64,000 nucleotides of DNA, taken from positions 29,841,245-29,905,244 of the forward strand of contig NC_057718.1 of the NCBI RefSeq assembly GCF_004010195.1. Reading direction: 5' to 3'. This document shows positions 51,600 to 63,615 of the stretch, one piece after another. Each line of letters begins with the position of its first letter. The first letter of the stretch is position 1. The notes beneath the pieces were generated by a model. The model was not told the DNA's origin and did not search any database. It saw only the letters and a program-made list of their open reading frames with translations. The stretch is from Chiloscyllium plagiosum. Lineage: Eukaryota. The translations under genes were made by a program, and so were the position numbers.

Positions 51600-52395
51600 A
51601 AAATGATAGAAAGTGAAAAAGATTATTTCAGAGTACAAAGGGACCTTGATCAGATTGGTCCATGAGTGACGGATGAAGTTTTATTTAGGTAAGTGAGGTA
51701 TTGCATTTTGGTAAGGCAAATCAGGGTAGGATTTACTTACTTAATGCGAAGGTCCTGGGGACTGTTGCTCAACAAAAAATCTCTGGTTAGAGGTACATCG
51801 TTCCTTGGAAATGGTAGGAATGGTAGATTCCTTCATTGGTCACTGCATTGAATATAGGAGTTGGGATGTTACGTTGTGGCTGTACAGGACATTAGGCCAC
51901 TTTTTCAACCCTGTGTACAATTCTGGTTGCCCTCCTATAAGCAGGATGGTGTTAAACTTGAGGGTGCAGAAAAGATTAAAAGCACGTTGCCAGGACTGGA
52001 GGAGAGTTTGACGCTGATCAGGATGGGGCTTTTTTCCCCTGGATTAGAGGCGGAGGGATGACCTTCTAGAGATGTATAAAATCATTAGGGGCATGGATTG
52101 GGTGAATAGGCAAGATCTTTTTCTTAGGGTGGGAGAGGTCCAAAACTAGAGGGCATAGGTTTAAGGTGAGGGGGAAGGATTTAAAGAGGATCGGAGGGAT
52201 AACTTGTTAAGCAGATGGTGCATGTATGGAACAACTTGACAAAGTAGTGGAGGCAAGTATAATTTCAACATTTAAAAGACAACTGGATGGAATAGGAAGG
52301 GTTGCTAGAGATATGGGCCAAAGTCAGGTGGGATGTCTGGTCAGAGCAGACAAGTTGGACTGAAGGGTCTGTCTCTGTGCTGTATGATGACTGAC
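51600..52395 (+). mobile_element. CR1 3' fragment
   Basis: IEYRSWDV.L.LYRTL and CVQFW.P.Y motifs; CR1-type tail. Confidence 0.8.
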
Positions 52396-52859
52396 TGTAC
52401 AATGGGTCAGGTAACAGGTTAAAAGTGAAGAAGCAAATCAGTGTCCTCCATAAACTCTACTCTCCAAGTAGCACCTTGCAAACATCAATAACTACAGGCT
52501 TCAATCTATCATCATTCTACTCCTTCAACCAAGATGATGCTGGATCATTCACAAGCATGAAAGCGTGAGGTATTTGGGGGCAGAAATTGGGAGAACTGTA
52601 CATTTGGCAACTTTCAACCACATGCTGATTTTGTTCCCTCAAATGTCCCAAACTCCTCTTGTTTCTGGATCTTAAGCTTCTCTCAAGATACATTTAATCT
52701 CTGGTCAATGGGGATGGTGGGAGGAGAGGCGCAAAACAGCAAACTGCAAATCAGTCATTCTGTAAATCTGTTACAAGGAAATTTTTGCATGAAAGAGGCT
52801 ATAACAAGACATTTACAACATCTTATGCAAATTAGCAGAGTCAACACATGAGAACCTGC

Positions 52860-53870
52860 ATGTTCTCAGGGGAGTGGAGGGGAAGTTAAACTGTTTAGTC
52901 ATGGAGCGGTGGGGTTTTCTCGCACGTGTCCTAGAGATGTTCTCTGAAGTGTTCCCCAAGTAGCCTTCCTGTGTCCCCACAGTAGAGAAGACCACATCAG
53001 GAGCAGACACAGTAAATGACCGGTGGGAGTGTAGGTAAACTTCTGATGGTCTGACGGATGTGGAGGGCTCCTATGGAGCCTTGGACAGAGGTGGGGGCAG
53101 GGGAGGTAGAGAGGTGTGTGTGGGTGCAGGTTTTGAAATTCTTGCAGTGGCAGAGTGCCGAGAGGGGAGGATGGATTGGTGAGGGGGGCACAGACCTAAC
53201 AGGGGAGTCAGAGGGAATGATCTTTGCAGAATGTGGATTTTGAGGGGAAAAAAAAGAAATCTCCTTAATGGTGGGGTCTGTTTGTAGCTAACGGAAATTG
53301 CAGAGGATGATGCGATGTATCTGGAGGTTGGTGGGGTAGAAGGTGAGGACTGGGAGGGGTTTTGTCCTTGTTGCATTTGAAGGAATGGGGTTCAAGGGCA
53401 GAGGTGCAGCAGGTGGATGACATGCACTGGAGGGCATCATCGACCAGGTGAGGGGGGGAAATTGTGGTCTTAAAAGGAGGTCGCCATCTGCCTGGTTCTG
53501 TGGTGCAACTGGTCCTCCTTGGAGGTGTGGCGGAGTCGGAGAAATTGGAATTAAGGGATAGTATTTTTATAGGATGGAGGGTGGGAAGTGGTGTAGTCCA
53601 GGTAGCTGTGGGAGTAGGTGGGTTTGTAGTAGATGCCAGTGTTGGGTTGGTCGCCATTAACAGAGATGGAGGGATTCAGGAAGGGGAGAGAGGTGTAAGA
53701 TGGTCCAGGTGAACTTAAGGTTGGGGTGGAACATATTAATGAAGTTGATGAACTGTTCAACCTCTTCATGGGACCACGAGGTAGCGTCAATACAGTTTTC
53801 GATGTTGGAGGAAAAAAGGTGGGGAATGGTGCTGGTGTAGCTTCAGAAGATGGTCTTTTTCCATGTACCC
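52860..53870 (-). mobile_element. PLE fragment (RT thumb + GIY-YIG)
   Basis: IYYKPT.SHSYLDYT.SHP, homologous to 2500-3400. Confidence 0.85.
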
Positions 53871-53879
53871 ACAACTTGA

Positions 53880-54480
53880 AGGAGGAACTGAATGTATTGT
53901 TGCAAAATCTGTCATTAGATAGGAAAGGAAGTTGTGGACAGGATGGGAGTCTGCTGAAAGTCTTGGATAGTTTAAGTGGGCACAAATTTGACAGATGGAA
54001 TATAATATTCTTAAATTTGAACTTGTCACTTTGGTAAAAAGCATAGAAAAGAAGCATGTTATTTAAAATGAGGAAGACTGCAGGACTCTCTCGTACAGAG
54101 AGATCTAGGTACCCTGATGCATAAATCACAGTCAGTACATAGCCTTTATTCAATGGTTGTGCCTAACAATATTTATCAACTTGAAGGTAAACAGAATATA
54201 TTAGTAACAAAATTATGCGACCATACGGAGCAATGTTGCAACTTTAAAAATAGTGTTCAAAGTTTGGTCTCCATATTTAAGGAAGGACATAAGAAATCAA
54301 TTGCCCAATTCTTCTTCAGAGGAAAGACTGTACAGATTGGGACTGTATCTATTGGCATTTATAAAATTAAAAAACGATCTCATTTATATATAAAAGATCT
54401 TGAGGAGTCTTGACAGCACATGTTGACACAATCTTTCCCCTTGTGGATCAGACTAGAATTCACAGACAGCTAATAAATAA
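53880..54480 (+). mobile_element. Very degenerate CR1 fragment
   Basis: LD.LS.W...W...F..K..HFG and ERDLG-like motifs. Confidence 0.45.
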
Positions 54481-54944
54481 AGGTTCTCAGAGGGTCTTGT
54501 GTGTAAACTTCTCAACAGTCAACATAATTTTCTCAATATACCAGATGCAGATGGATGAAGGGAATCAGCTGACAGCATTAGGTGGGGGGAGGTAACAGGT
54601 AGAAGCAGAGACAGGTGGGAGGAGCAGAGACAGAGGATAATAGTGAGGGTGCAGTGAGGGGGAGACAGCAGTGGGAAAAGAGATTGGCCACCTTTTCCAA
54701 CAATGAGCTAGAAACCTTTGAAATTAAGAGGCGGCATGTTACACTTTAAGCATGGGTGATTACCTGCCCAAATGTTGGTAAACAGCAATGATTGTTTTTG
54801 TAAAAGCATTACAGGTAGGGAATACTATGGGTGGAATGCTGGTCTGTCAAATAATATTAGTTCCTGCCTAATCAAACACTTTCTGGTCATGTTGCAATTA
54901 CAATACAATTTACAAGCATTTTCTCCCCCTCATTCAGTCATGCA

Positions 54945-56345
54945 ATGTAGGCATAGCTGCATAAGCCAGTATTTACTGCCCATACCCAAATGACCAGTGG
55001 GCAGTTAAAGTTCAACTGTGGGTCTGGAGTCTCTCAGGCCAGACCAGGTCAGGATGGCAGATTTTCTTCACTAAAAAAAGGACATGAGTAAACAAGACTT
55101 TCTTCACAACAAATGGTTACATGGTCACCATTAGGTTCGCTTTTGTTCCTGTGTAAGGTTTTTAATTGTCATAATTTACAAATTTCAGAAGATTTCCATG
55201 AATTAGACAGAAACATTGTCCATCTTCAAACAAAATTGTTTTGATTTATTGCCACTGGCATCTTTCTGGAGACCACGTCTATAGAGCAGCAACACCAGAG
55301 ATAATGTCAATAAGCTCCTTGGTAAAAGCAGTTGTCCAGAACAGTTCATTGTCAATGCCACACTTATCAATAATTTCAGAAGCATTCTTGCTGGAACTAT
55401 CCATAGCAGTCATCCTACCTCACTTGTGGTGGATTCCTTTAAGCTCAATTAAATGATGTTTGCTAGAGAGAACTCTTGGTAGTTTTGTATAACATCTGCA
55501 ATGTCATTACAGCTACCAATGTCCTCAGAATTTCTAAGAGTCTCAGAAGAGAATCCTGGCTTCGCGTCAGTCATAAGGAATCACAGACCTAAACTTGTTG
55601 AATATCACAGAATGTTGATCAAACTCAAAGCCAATATACAAGATCTCAGATGCAAAAATTGAAGCATCAGCACACATTGATTGCTTCCTGTCCACTTCCT
55701 TAAAACCTTTTTCTGCACAACAAAATCCAAGGAAAAGCTAATACAATTCTGCAACTTGAACAATGAATGAACTTACCACTTGCATGAACATAACCAGCAT
55801 TTTATTTCCGTGCAACAGTGTTCTCACTTTCTCACTAATAGGAGCTATCTTAATGTCTTTTCCGGCAGCAGTCAACTCCTGTATTTGATTTATGATCTTT
55901 CAACACTTCTGAAGAAATCACCACAATGAGAAGACACTCCAATGATCAAGTATCTGGCTTAGCTTTTAAGTGTTTGAATTCCTGCTTTCTCCTGTTCTAT
56001 AAACTCTTGCTGGTTTCAGTCCTCTGTGCTCTTGCAGATTTTGCCACAGCCACAACTTTCAGGGATTGGGTAACATTTTGGGTATTTTCAAAAGGACTTG
56101 AAGTGCCTGATGTCCATCAGAGTTACCATGTTTCTAACATGGCCCCATTGGGGCTTAAATCACAAAACACTGTACCTTGCAAACATGGCGAATCCTACCC
56201 CAGCAGATGCAGCTGAAGGGTAGCTTTTTACTCAAGGTTTCCTAGTCAATTATAATACAATCTGTCATGTTGACATTTGAACCTATGCATCAGAACATTA
56301 GCCTGGGGTTTTATATTTCTAATCAGTGACATTGCCACCAACCCT
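54945..56345 (-). mobile_element. tRNA-derived SINE split by the ATP5F1C retrocopy (pieces about 54945-55144 and 56217-56345)
   Basis: Both pieces are the reverse complement of the SINE at 15678-15975 and are colinear across the insertion. Confidence 0.7.
55279..56186 (-). pseudogene. atp5f1c: Processed pseudogene of mitochondrial ATP synthase F1 subunit gamma
   Basis: gccATG MFAR...[101 protein letters not shown]; contiguous (intronless), several stops and frameshifts; AATAAA 55245-55250 and ATTAAA 55161-55166 on the minus strand; TSD-like aggttcgctttt 55133-55144 and agggtagctttt 56217-56228. Confidence 0.95.
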
Positions 56346-56469
56346 CTGCCTCTTCACATACCTTTGGAAACATGACCTAACCATTTGTCACATAACAGAT
56401 ATACAGTCCTTATTTGCAGTAGTCAATAGTTTTATGCCATTGCCAACAAGAAATAATAGCCAAGAGAAA

Positions 56470-56745
56470 GCTATTATCTGTGGAGAGAAAGCAGAGTTAA
56501 TGTTTTGGGTCCAGAGACCCTTCTTCAGAGCTGACGTAGCCAGACAATGGTTGATATTTACTTTTATTTGGGGGGGGGGGGGGGGGGTGTTTGGAGATTG
56601 CCTTTACCGATAGGTGGCAACAGTCCAAAGGGCAATAAAAATGTTGGAAAGACAAAGAACCAGAGAAAGGTCAGGCTGGGAGAATGAACGGCAGCTAAAT
56701 GGCGACAATTAAATGTTGACAAAAAGGCTACAACAACTCATGTGA
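56470..56745 (-). mobile_element. PLE tail fragment (family B-like)
   Basis: Minus strand CTGAAGAAGGGTCTCTGGACCCAAAAC at about 56502-56528. Confidence 0.6.
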
Positions 56746-56749
56746 TGCA

Positions 56750-59700
56750 CTCCCCACCCCATACCCACACACTCTCGATTGGCGGTCTCCACCCCCACCC
56801 CAGCTCCTAGCTCCGATCCTGCCGTATGTTCACCATTCCCCCAGACTTTCCCCTCACTGAGGATGAATGTTTAGTCCTTAGCTAAGGCCTCACCTTCATC
56901 CCTCTACGCTCCCGGATTGAGTTCGACATGCGTTGAGATGTCGAACATTTCTTGTGCCGCCTTCACCTCTGGCCCTACTTTTTCAATAAAGACTCACACC
57001 CACCCACTGAGGACCTCTCTTGCCTCCAACACACCCTATCCACCTGGACGTCCCGTGCTGGCCTGTTGCCTGGCCTTGACCTTTTCATTTCTAAGTGCCA
57101 CCATGACATATACCGCCTCAACCTGCCCACCCCCCTCACCCACTCCAACCTCCCGCCCTCCACTCCCTCTGCTCCAACCCCAATATCACCACCAAACCAA
57201 TAGACAAGGTGGGTGTTGTGGTAGTTTGGCGCATCAACTTCTACACTGCTGAAGCCAGGCATTAACTCATTGACACCACCTCAGACTGCCCCCTCAACCA
57301 CAACCTCACCTCCCATCACCAACCATCCACCACCTCATCACCTCAGGGGATCTCTCATCCGCAGCCTCCAACCTCATCGTCCGCAAACCCCGCACTACCA
57401 GATTCTACCTCCCACCGAAGATTCACAAACCTGACTTCCCAGGTCGACCCATTATCCCAGCCTGTTCCTATCCCACTTAACTCATCTCTGCATACTTTGA
57501 CACTGTCCTATCCCCCTTGTTGAGTTCTTTTTCGGAGGTTCTTACACACTTGATGAGACTCCAAACGCCAACTTCTGTGAACAAACAAAATTTTATTAAG
57601 TACATTACAATACAAGCTTTGGAGAAACTCTGAACACTCGTGGCCATGGTTGCAAAGCATGTCCAGGAAAGCACTTCCTGAACAAAGGAATCAGTCCTTC
57701 ATTTATACAAAATCTTGATATCACAGTTGGTTATGCCCACATGACAACCCCCAGTCACTCTCTCACAGTCACATGCCACTCAAGATCAATGCAGTGACCA
57801 CCTCACCACCAGAAACAATGTAATGCAAATCATCCCTTAATGGCCAGATCTGGTGTGAATTGTACTTTTTTTAAAAACAAACAAACTAGAGGGAGTAGTC
57901 AGAATTCCAACTGTAGTGTTCTTATTCATTGCTGAATGAGGCATGAAAATATAAATAGTAAGAAATGACAATGTAAATGGATTTTGAATAACTGGGAATG
58001 TGATTTCCTTACAATCTACCTGCAAGTCAGAGGGCTCAGGACATCCAATTTTCTGCAGGTCAGCAGAGCAAGTTAACTCTAATATCACACCCTTAGTCCA
58101 AAAACTCCCCACCTTCTTTTGGGACACCATCCACACCCTTCACCTCCTCCAAGTCTTTCGTTTTACAAGCCCCCTCCTCATGATCTTCACCATGAACATC
58201 CAGTCCCTGTACACATCTATCTGCCATGACAAAGACGTCCAAGTCCTCCATTTCGTCCTCTCATGCCATCCCAACCTGAACCCTTTCACTAACACCCTCA
58301 TCCACCTGGCTGAACTGGTCCTCATCCTTAACTTCTCCTTCCAATCCCCCAAATCAAAGGGGTAGCCATGCGCAGCCACATGGGACCCAGCTATGCCCGC
58401 CTCATTGTTTGGGTTCATGGAACAGTCCATTTTCCACAGCTACACCTGCACATCACCCACCTTTTCCTCCACTACACTGATGACTGTATTGGCACTACCT
58501 CATGCTTCCACGAGGAGGTTGAACAGTTAAATCAACTTCACTACCACCTTTCACCCCAACCTCAAATCCACCTGGACCATCTTGGACATCGCCCTCTTCC
58601 TGGTCCTCTCCATCTCCTACGACACACTAACCACAGACATCTACTGCAAACTCACTGACTCCCACAGCTACCTGGATTACACCTCCTCCCATTCTGCCTC
58701 CTGTAAAAACACCATCCCTTATCCCCAATTCCTCCAACTGCATCTGTTCCCAGGATGACCAATTCCAACACAGAAAAACGCCAGATGGCCTCCTTCACAG
58801 ACCGCAATTTCCTCTTCCACATGGTCAATGATGCCCTCCAGCGCATTTCCTCTGCTTCCTGCACCTCCACCCTTGAACACCATCCCTCCCAACTTAACAA
58901 GGATAGAACACCCCGGTCCTCACCTTACACCCCACCAACCTCCACATACATTGCATCATTCTCCGCCACCTACAAACAGACTCCACCACTTGGGATCCAT
59001 TTCCCTCCCCACCCCTACCAGCATTTTGGAGAGACCATTCCCCTCAGACTCCTGGTCAGATCCCCGCACACCCCACCAACCCTCATCCCACTCCTAACAC
59101 CTTCCCCTGCCACAACAGGAAGTGCAAGACTGCACCCACACCTCTGCCCTCCAAAAGCCTCACACAATCCTTCCACATCTGACAGATTTACCTGTGCCTC
59201 CAATTATGTCATCTACTGCATTCATTGCACCCAAAGTGGTCTCCTCAGCATCGGGGAGACAGGATGCCAACTTGGGGATTGTTTCAGAGGACATCCCTGG
59301 GACACCCGCACCAACCAACCCCACCACCCAATGGCTGAGCATTTCAACTCCCCCTCCCACTTCATCAAGGACATACAAGGTCCTGGGCCTCCTCTATCGC
59401 CAAACCCTAACCACCTGACGCCTGGAGGAAGAACGCCTCATCTTCTGCCTTGGGATCCTGCAACCACACGGGATTAATGTGGATTTCACCAGTTTCCTCA
59501 TTTCCCCTCCACCCACCTTATCCCAGTCCCAAGCCTCCAACTCTGCACCACCTTCTTGACCTGACCATCACCTTTCCCATCTATTCGCTCCACTCTCCTC
59601 TCCGACCGACCACCTTCTCCCCCACCTTCATCTATCTATTGCATTCTCACCTTGCTTGCCACCAGTCCCATCTCCTCCCATTTATCTCTCAGCCCCCCCC

Positions 59701-59808
59701 AGCTCACAAGCGTCATTCCTGATGAAAGGCATATGCCCGAAATGTCGATTCTCTTGCTCCTTGGATGCGGCCTGACCTGCTGTGCTTTATTAGCACCACA
59801 TTCTCGAC
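56750..59808 (+). mobile_element. Penelope-like element (decayed RT + GIY-YIG + tail) interrupted by a solo LTR
   Basis: FYL.PKIHKPD.PGRPI, MNIQSLYTSI, YTDD, FTCASNYVIYCIHC..SGLLSIGETG; tail CCTGATGAAAGGCATATGCCCGAAATGTC at about 59718-59746. Confidence 0.9.
57518..58089 (-). mobile_element. Solo LTR (572 bp) nested in the PLE
   Basis: TGT...ACA termini, TSD ccct at 57514-57517 and 58090-58093, AT-rich relative to the host PLE, minus-strand AATAAA at about 57592; removal restores the PLE peptide LSPLVQKLP. Confidence 0.8.
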
Positions 59809-59899
59809 ATCTATGTGATCACAAGGGCTGGTGCGAGGGCACAAGGGGTAAAGACACGAGAGAAGGTGCTCAAGCCCTTAAATTCTTGAAATTGATAGA

Positions 59900-60600
59900 G
59901 ACCAGAAAGCTGCAGAGTTCCCAAGCAAAACATTAGGTACTGGACTCCCAGTAAGCTTGAGACAGAGATATTGGCCAGGGAATATGGTGTGAAGAAGTGG
60001 CGGGTGACTGGAAGCATTCTGCCAACTGGTCATTCAGTCTGTTTCATTTCCCAAATGTAGAAGAGCCCAATTGTTAGCAGCAAATATAAGTAGACTAGAT
60101 TGAGTGAAGTACAGGTAAAGCACCGCTTTACCTAGTGTTTAGAGCCTTAGATGGTGAAGAACAAGAAAATAAACAAACAGGAGTTGCATCTAGTGCGATT
60201 GCAGGAGAATGTGTTGTACGAATGTGCAAAGATGTTTGGAGTGGCAAAGATGTTTGGAGTGGAGAAGTGGACCAGAGTGCCCCAGTGGGAATGGTCCCTG
60301 CAGAAGCTGTCAAAGGACAGGGTGGGAATATATGTCTGGTGGTGGCATCTGACTGATGGTTGCAGAAATAATGGCTAATGATCCTCTGGATGCAGATGCT
60401 AGTGGGATGATAGAGGAGGACAAGAGACACTATCATTGTGGGAGGGAAGAGAGGGGGGTAAAGGCCGAAGTGCAGGAGAAGGAATGGACCCAGCTGAGAG
60501 CCCTGTCAATCACAGTGCTAGGAAGTCCTCAGTGGAGGAAGAAGGTGGACACTTCGGAATCACCTTGTCAAAACTGGCACCATCAAAACAGGTGCAACCT
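59900..60600 (-). mobile_element. Older PLE GIY-YIG fragment
   Basis: L.YHPTSI.IQRII..F...Q.DATTRHIFP in ORF 60128..60436. Confidence 0.65.
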
Positions 60601-60611
60601 TGACTCAGGCA

Positions 60612-63600
60612 GTGTCACAGAGACAGATGTAAAGCATGGAAACAGACCCTTCCATCCAATTTGTCCATGCCGACCAGTTATCCTCAGTTAAACTAGTCCA
60701 TTTGCCAATATTTGGAAAATATCACTAATCCCTTCCAATTCACATATCCATCCAGATGCCTTTTACATGTTGTAATTATACCAGCCTCCACCACTTCTTC
60801 TGGCAGCTCATTCCATACACGCACCGCCCTGTGCGAAAAAGTTTCCCAGAAGGTCCCTTTTAAATCTTTCCCCTCTCACCTTAAACCTATGCTCCTACTT
60901 TTAGACTCCCACACCTCAGGGTAAAGACCTTGTCTACTTGCCCGATCCATTCCCCTAATGATTTTATAAACCTCTTAAGATCATCCCTCAGACTCCAACT
61001 CTACAGAGTCTATTCAGCCTTTCCCTGTAGCTCAAACCTTTCAACTTTTTAAGATCCTTCTAAATCTTTCCCGAACTCTTTCAAGCTTCACAACATTCTT
61101 CTTGGAGATAGTCTTCATTGCAAGTCAGAATCAATAGTCTGACCAATGAAGGTAAGCAATCCAAATGCCTTCTTCACTATCCTATCTACCTGAGATTCCA
61201 CTTTCAAGGAACTATGAACCTGCACTCAGAGGTCTCTTTGTTCAGCAATATTCCCCAGGACCTTACTATTGTGTGTAAGTCCGGCCCTGATTTGCCTTGC
61301 CAGAGTACAGCAGCTCATTCTTCTAAATTAAACTCCATCTAAGACTCCTTGGCCCATCTGATCAAGATCCCGTTGCAATCTGAGGTAACCTTCTTCACTG
61401 TCCATGACTCCTCATTTTGCAGTCATCAGCAAACTTACTAACAATACATCCTATGTTTACATCTAAATCGTTTATATAAGTGACAATCTTAGTGGTACAC
61501 TGCTGGTCACAGGCCTCCAGTCTGAAAAGCAACTCTCCACCATCACCCTTCTTCTACCTTCAAGGCAGTTCTGTATCCAAATGGTTCCCATGGAAATCCT
61601 TGTCAAATGCCTTACTGAAGTCCATATAGATCACGTCCACTGCTCTTCCCTCAATCCTCTGTTACTTCTTCAAAAAACTCAATCACCTTGAAACACATGA
61701 AAAGGTGGATAAATCCCCAGGACTGATCAGGTGTACCCGAGAACTCTGTGGGAAGCTAGAAAAAAGTGATTGCTGGGCCTCTTGCTAAGATATTTGTATC
61801 ATCGATAGTCACAGGTGAGGTGCCGGAAGACTGGTGGGTGGCTAACATGGTGCCACTGTTTAAGAAGGGTGGTAAGGACAAGTCAGGGAACTATGGACTG
61901 GTGAGTCTGACATCAGTGGTTGGCAAGTTGTTGGAGGTAATCCTGAGGGACAGGACGAACATGTATTTGGAAAGGTAAAGTCTGATTAGGGATCGTCAAC
62001 ATGGCTTTGTGCATGGGAAATCATGTCTCACAAACTTGATTGAGTGAGTTTTTGAAGTAATAATAAAGAGGATTGATGAGGGCAGAACAGTAGATGTTAT
62101 CTACATGGACTTCAGTAAGGCATTCAACAAGGATTCTCCCATGGAAGACTGGTTAGCAAGGTTAGATCTCACTGAATACAAGAACTAGCCATTTGGATAC
62201 AGAACTGGTTCAAAGGAGGAAGACAGGATGGTGGCGGACAGTTGTTTTTCAGACTGGAGGCCTGTGACCAGTGACGAGCCACATGGATCGGTGCTGGGTC
62301 CTCTACTTTTTGTCATTTACATAAGTGATTTGAATGTAAGCATAAGAGGTACAGTTAGTAAGTTTGCGATTGACCACAAAATTGGAGGTATAGTGGACAG
62401 CAAAGGAGGTTACCTCAGATTACAACAGGATCTTGACCAGATACCTCAGATTACAACAGGATCTTGACCAGATGGGCCAATGGGCTGAGAAGTGGCAGAT
62501 GGAGATCAATTCAGATACATGTGAGGTGCTGCATTTTGGGTAAGCAAATCTTAGCAGGACTTATACACTTAATGGTAAGATCCTATTGAATGTTGCTGAA
62601 CAAAGACCTTGGAGTGCGAGGTTCATAGCTCCTTGAAAGTGGAGTCGCAGGTCGATAGGATAGTGATGATGATGTTTGGTATGCTTTCCTTTATTGGTCA
62701 GAGTATGGAGTACAGGAGTTGGAAGGTCATGTGGCTGTACAGGACATTGGTTAGGCCACTGTTGGAATATTGCGTGCAATTCTGGTCTCCTTCCTATCAG
62801 AATGATGTTGTGAAACTTGAAAGGGTTCAGAAAAGATTTAAGGATGTTGCCAGGGTTGGAGGATTTGAGCTATAGGGAGAGGCTGAACAGGCTGGGGCTG
62901 TTTTCTCTGGAGCGTCAGAGGCCGAGGGGTGACATTATAGAGGTTTACAAAATTATATGGGGCATGGATAGGATAAATAGACAAAGTCTTTTCCCTGTGG
63001 TGGGGGGAGTCCAGAACTAGAGGGCATAGGTTTAGAGTGAGAGGGAAAAGATGTAAAAGAGACCTAAGGGGCAACTTTTTCCACGCAGAGCATAGTATGT
63101 GTATGGAATGATCTGCCAGAGGAAGTGGTGGAAGCTAGTATCATTGCAACATTTAAAGGCATTTGGATTGGTATATGAATAGGAAGGTTTTAGAAGGATA
63201 TGGACCGGGTGCTGGCAGGTGGGACCAGATTGGGTTGGGATATCTGGTTGGCATGACAGGTTCGACTGAAGGGTCTACTTCCATGCTGTATATCTCTATG
63301 ACTAAGCTTGTGAGACACTATTTCCCATGCACAAAGCTATGCCGACTATCCCTAAATCAGTCCCTGCCTTTCCAAATACATGTAAATTCTGTCCTTCAGG
63401 ATTCCCTCCAACAACTTGTCTACCACTGATGCCAGACTCACCAGTCCATAGTTCCCTGGCTTTTTCTTATTACCTTTCTGAAAGTGGCACCAAGTTAGCA
63501 AACACCCAGGTCTTCCAACACCTCGCATGTGGCCACGATACAAACATATCAGCAAAGAGTCCAGCAATCACTTCCCTAGCTTCCTAGCAAATGTTCTAGG

Positions 63601-63615
63601 GTACACCTGATCATT
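60612..63615 (-). mobile_element. CR1 LINE (minus) interrupted by a plus-strand CR1
   Basis: Minus-strand CR1 at 60612-61685 resumes at about 63305 (aaactcaatca|agcttgtgagaca); PGNYGLVSLASVV.KLLE in ORF 63352..63567. Confidence 0.85.
61687..63304 (+). mobile_element. CR1 LINE, 5'-truncated, nested in an opposite-strand CR1
   Basis: [36 protein letters not shown]; tail ctctatgact. Confidence 0.9.

Noticed and set aside
55200..56130. Initial reading as a Copia integrase or endogenous viral protein
   Set aside because: Frameshift-aware translation matches ATP synthase gamma along its full length.
60227..62473. Short tandem duplications (18 bp at about 60227-60262, 31 bp at about 62411-62472)
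   Set aside because: Local slippage within decayed TEs; no spacers, so not CRISPR-like.
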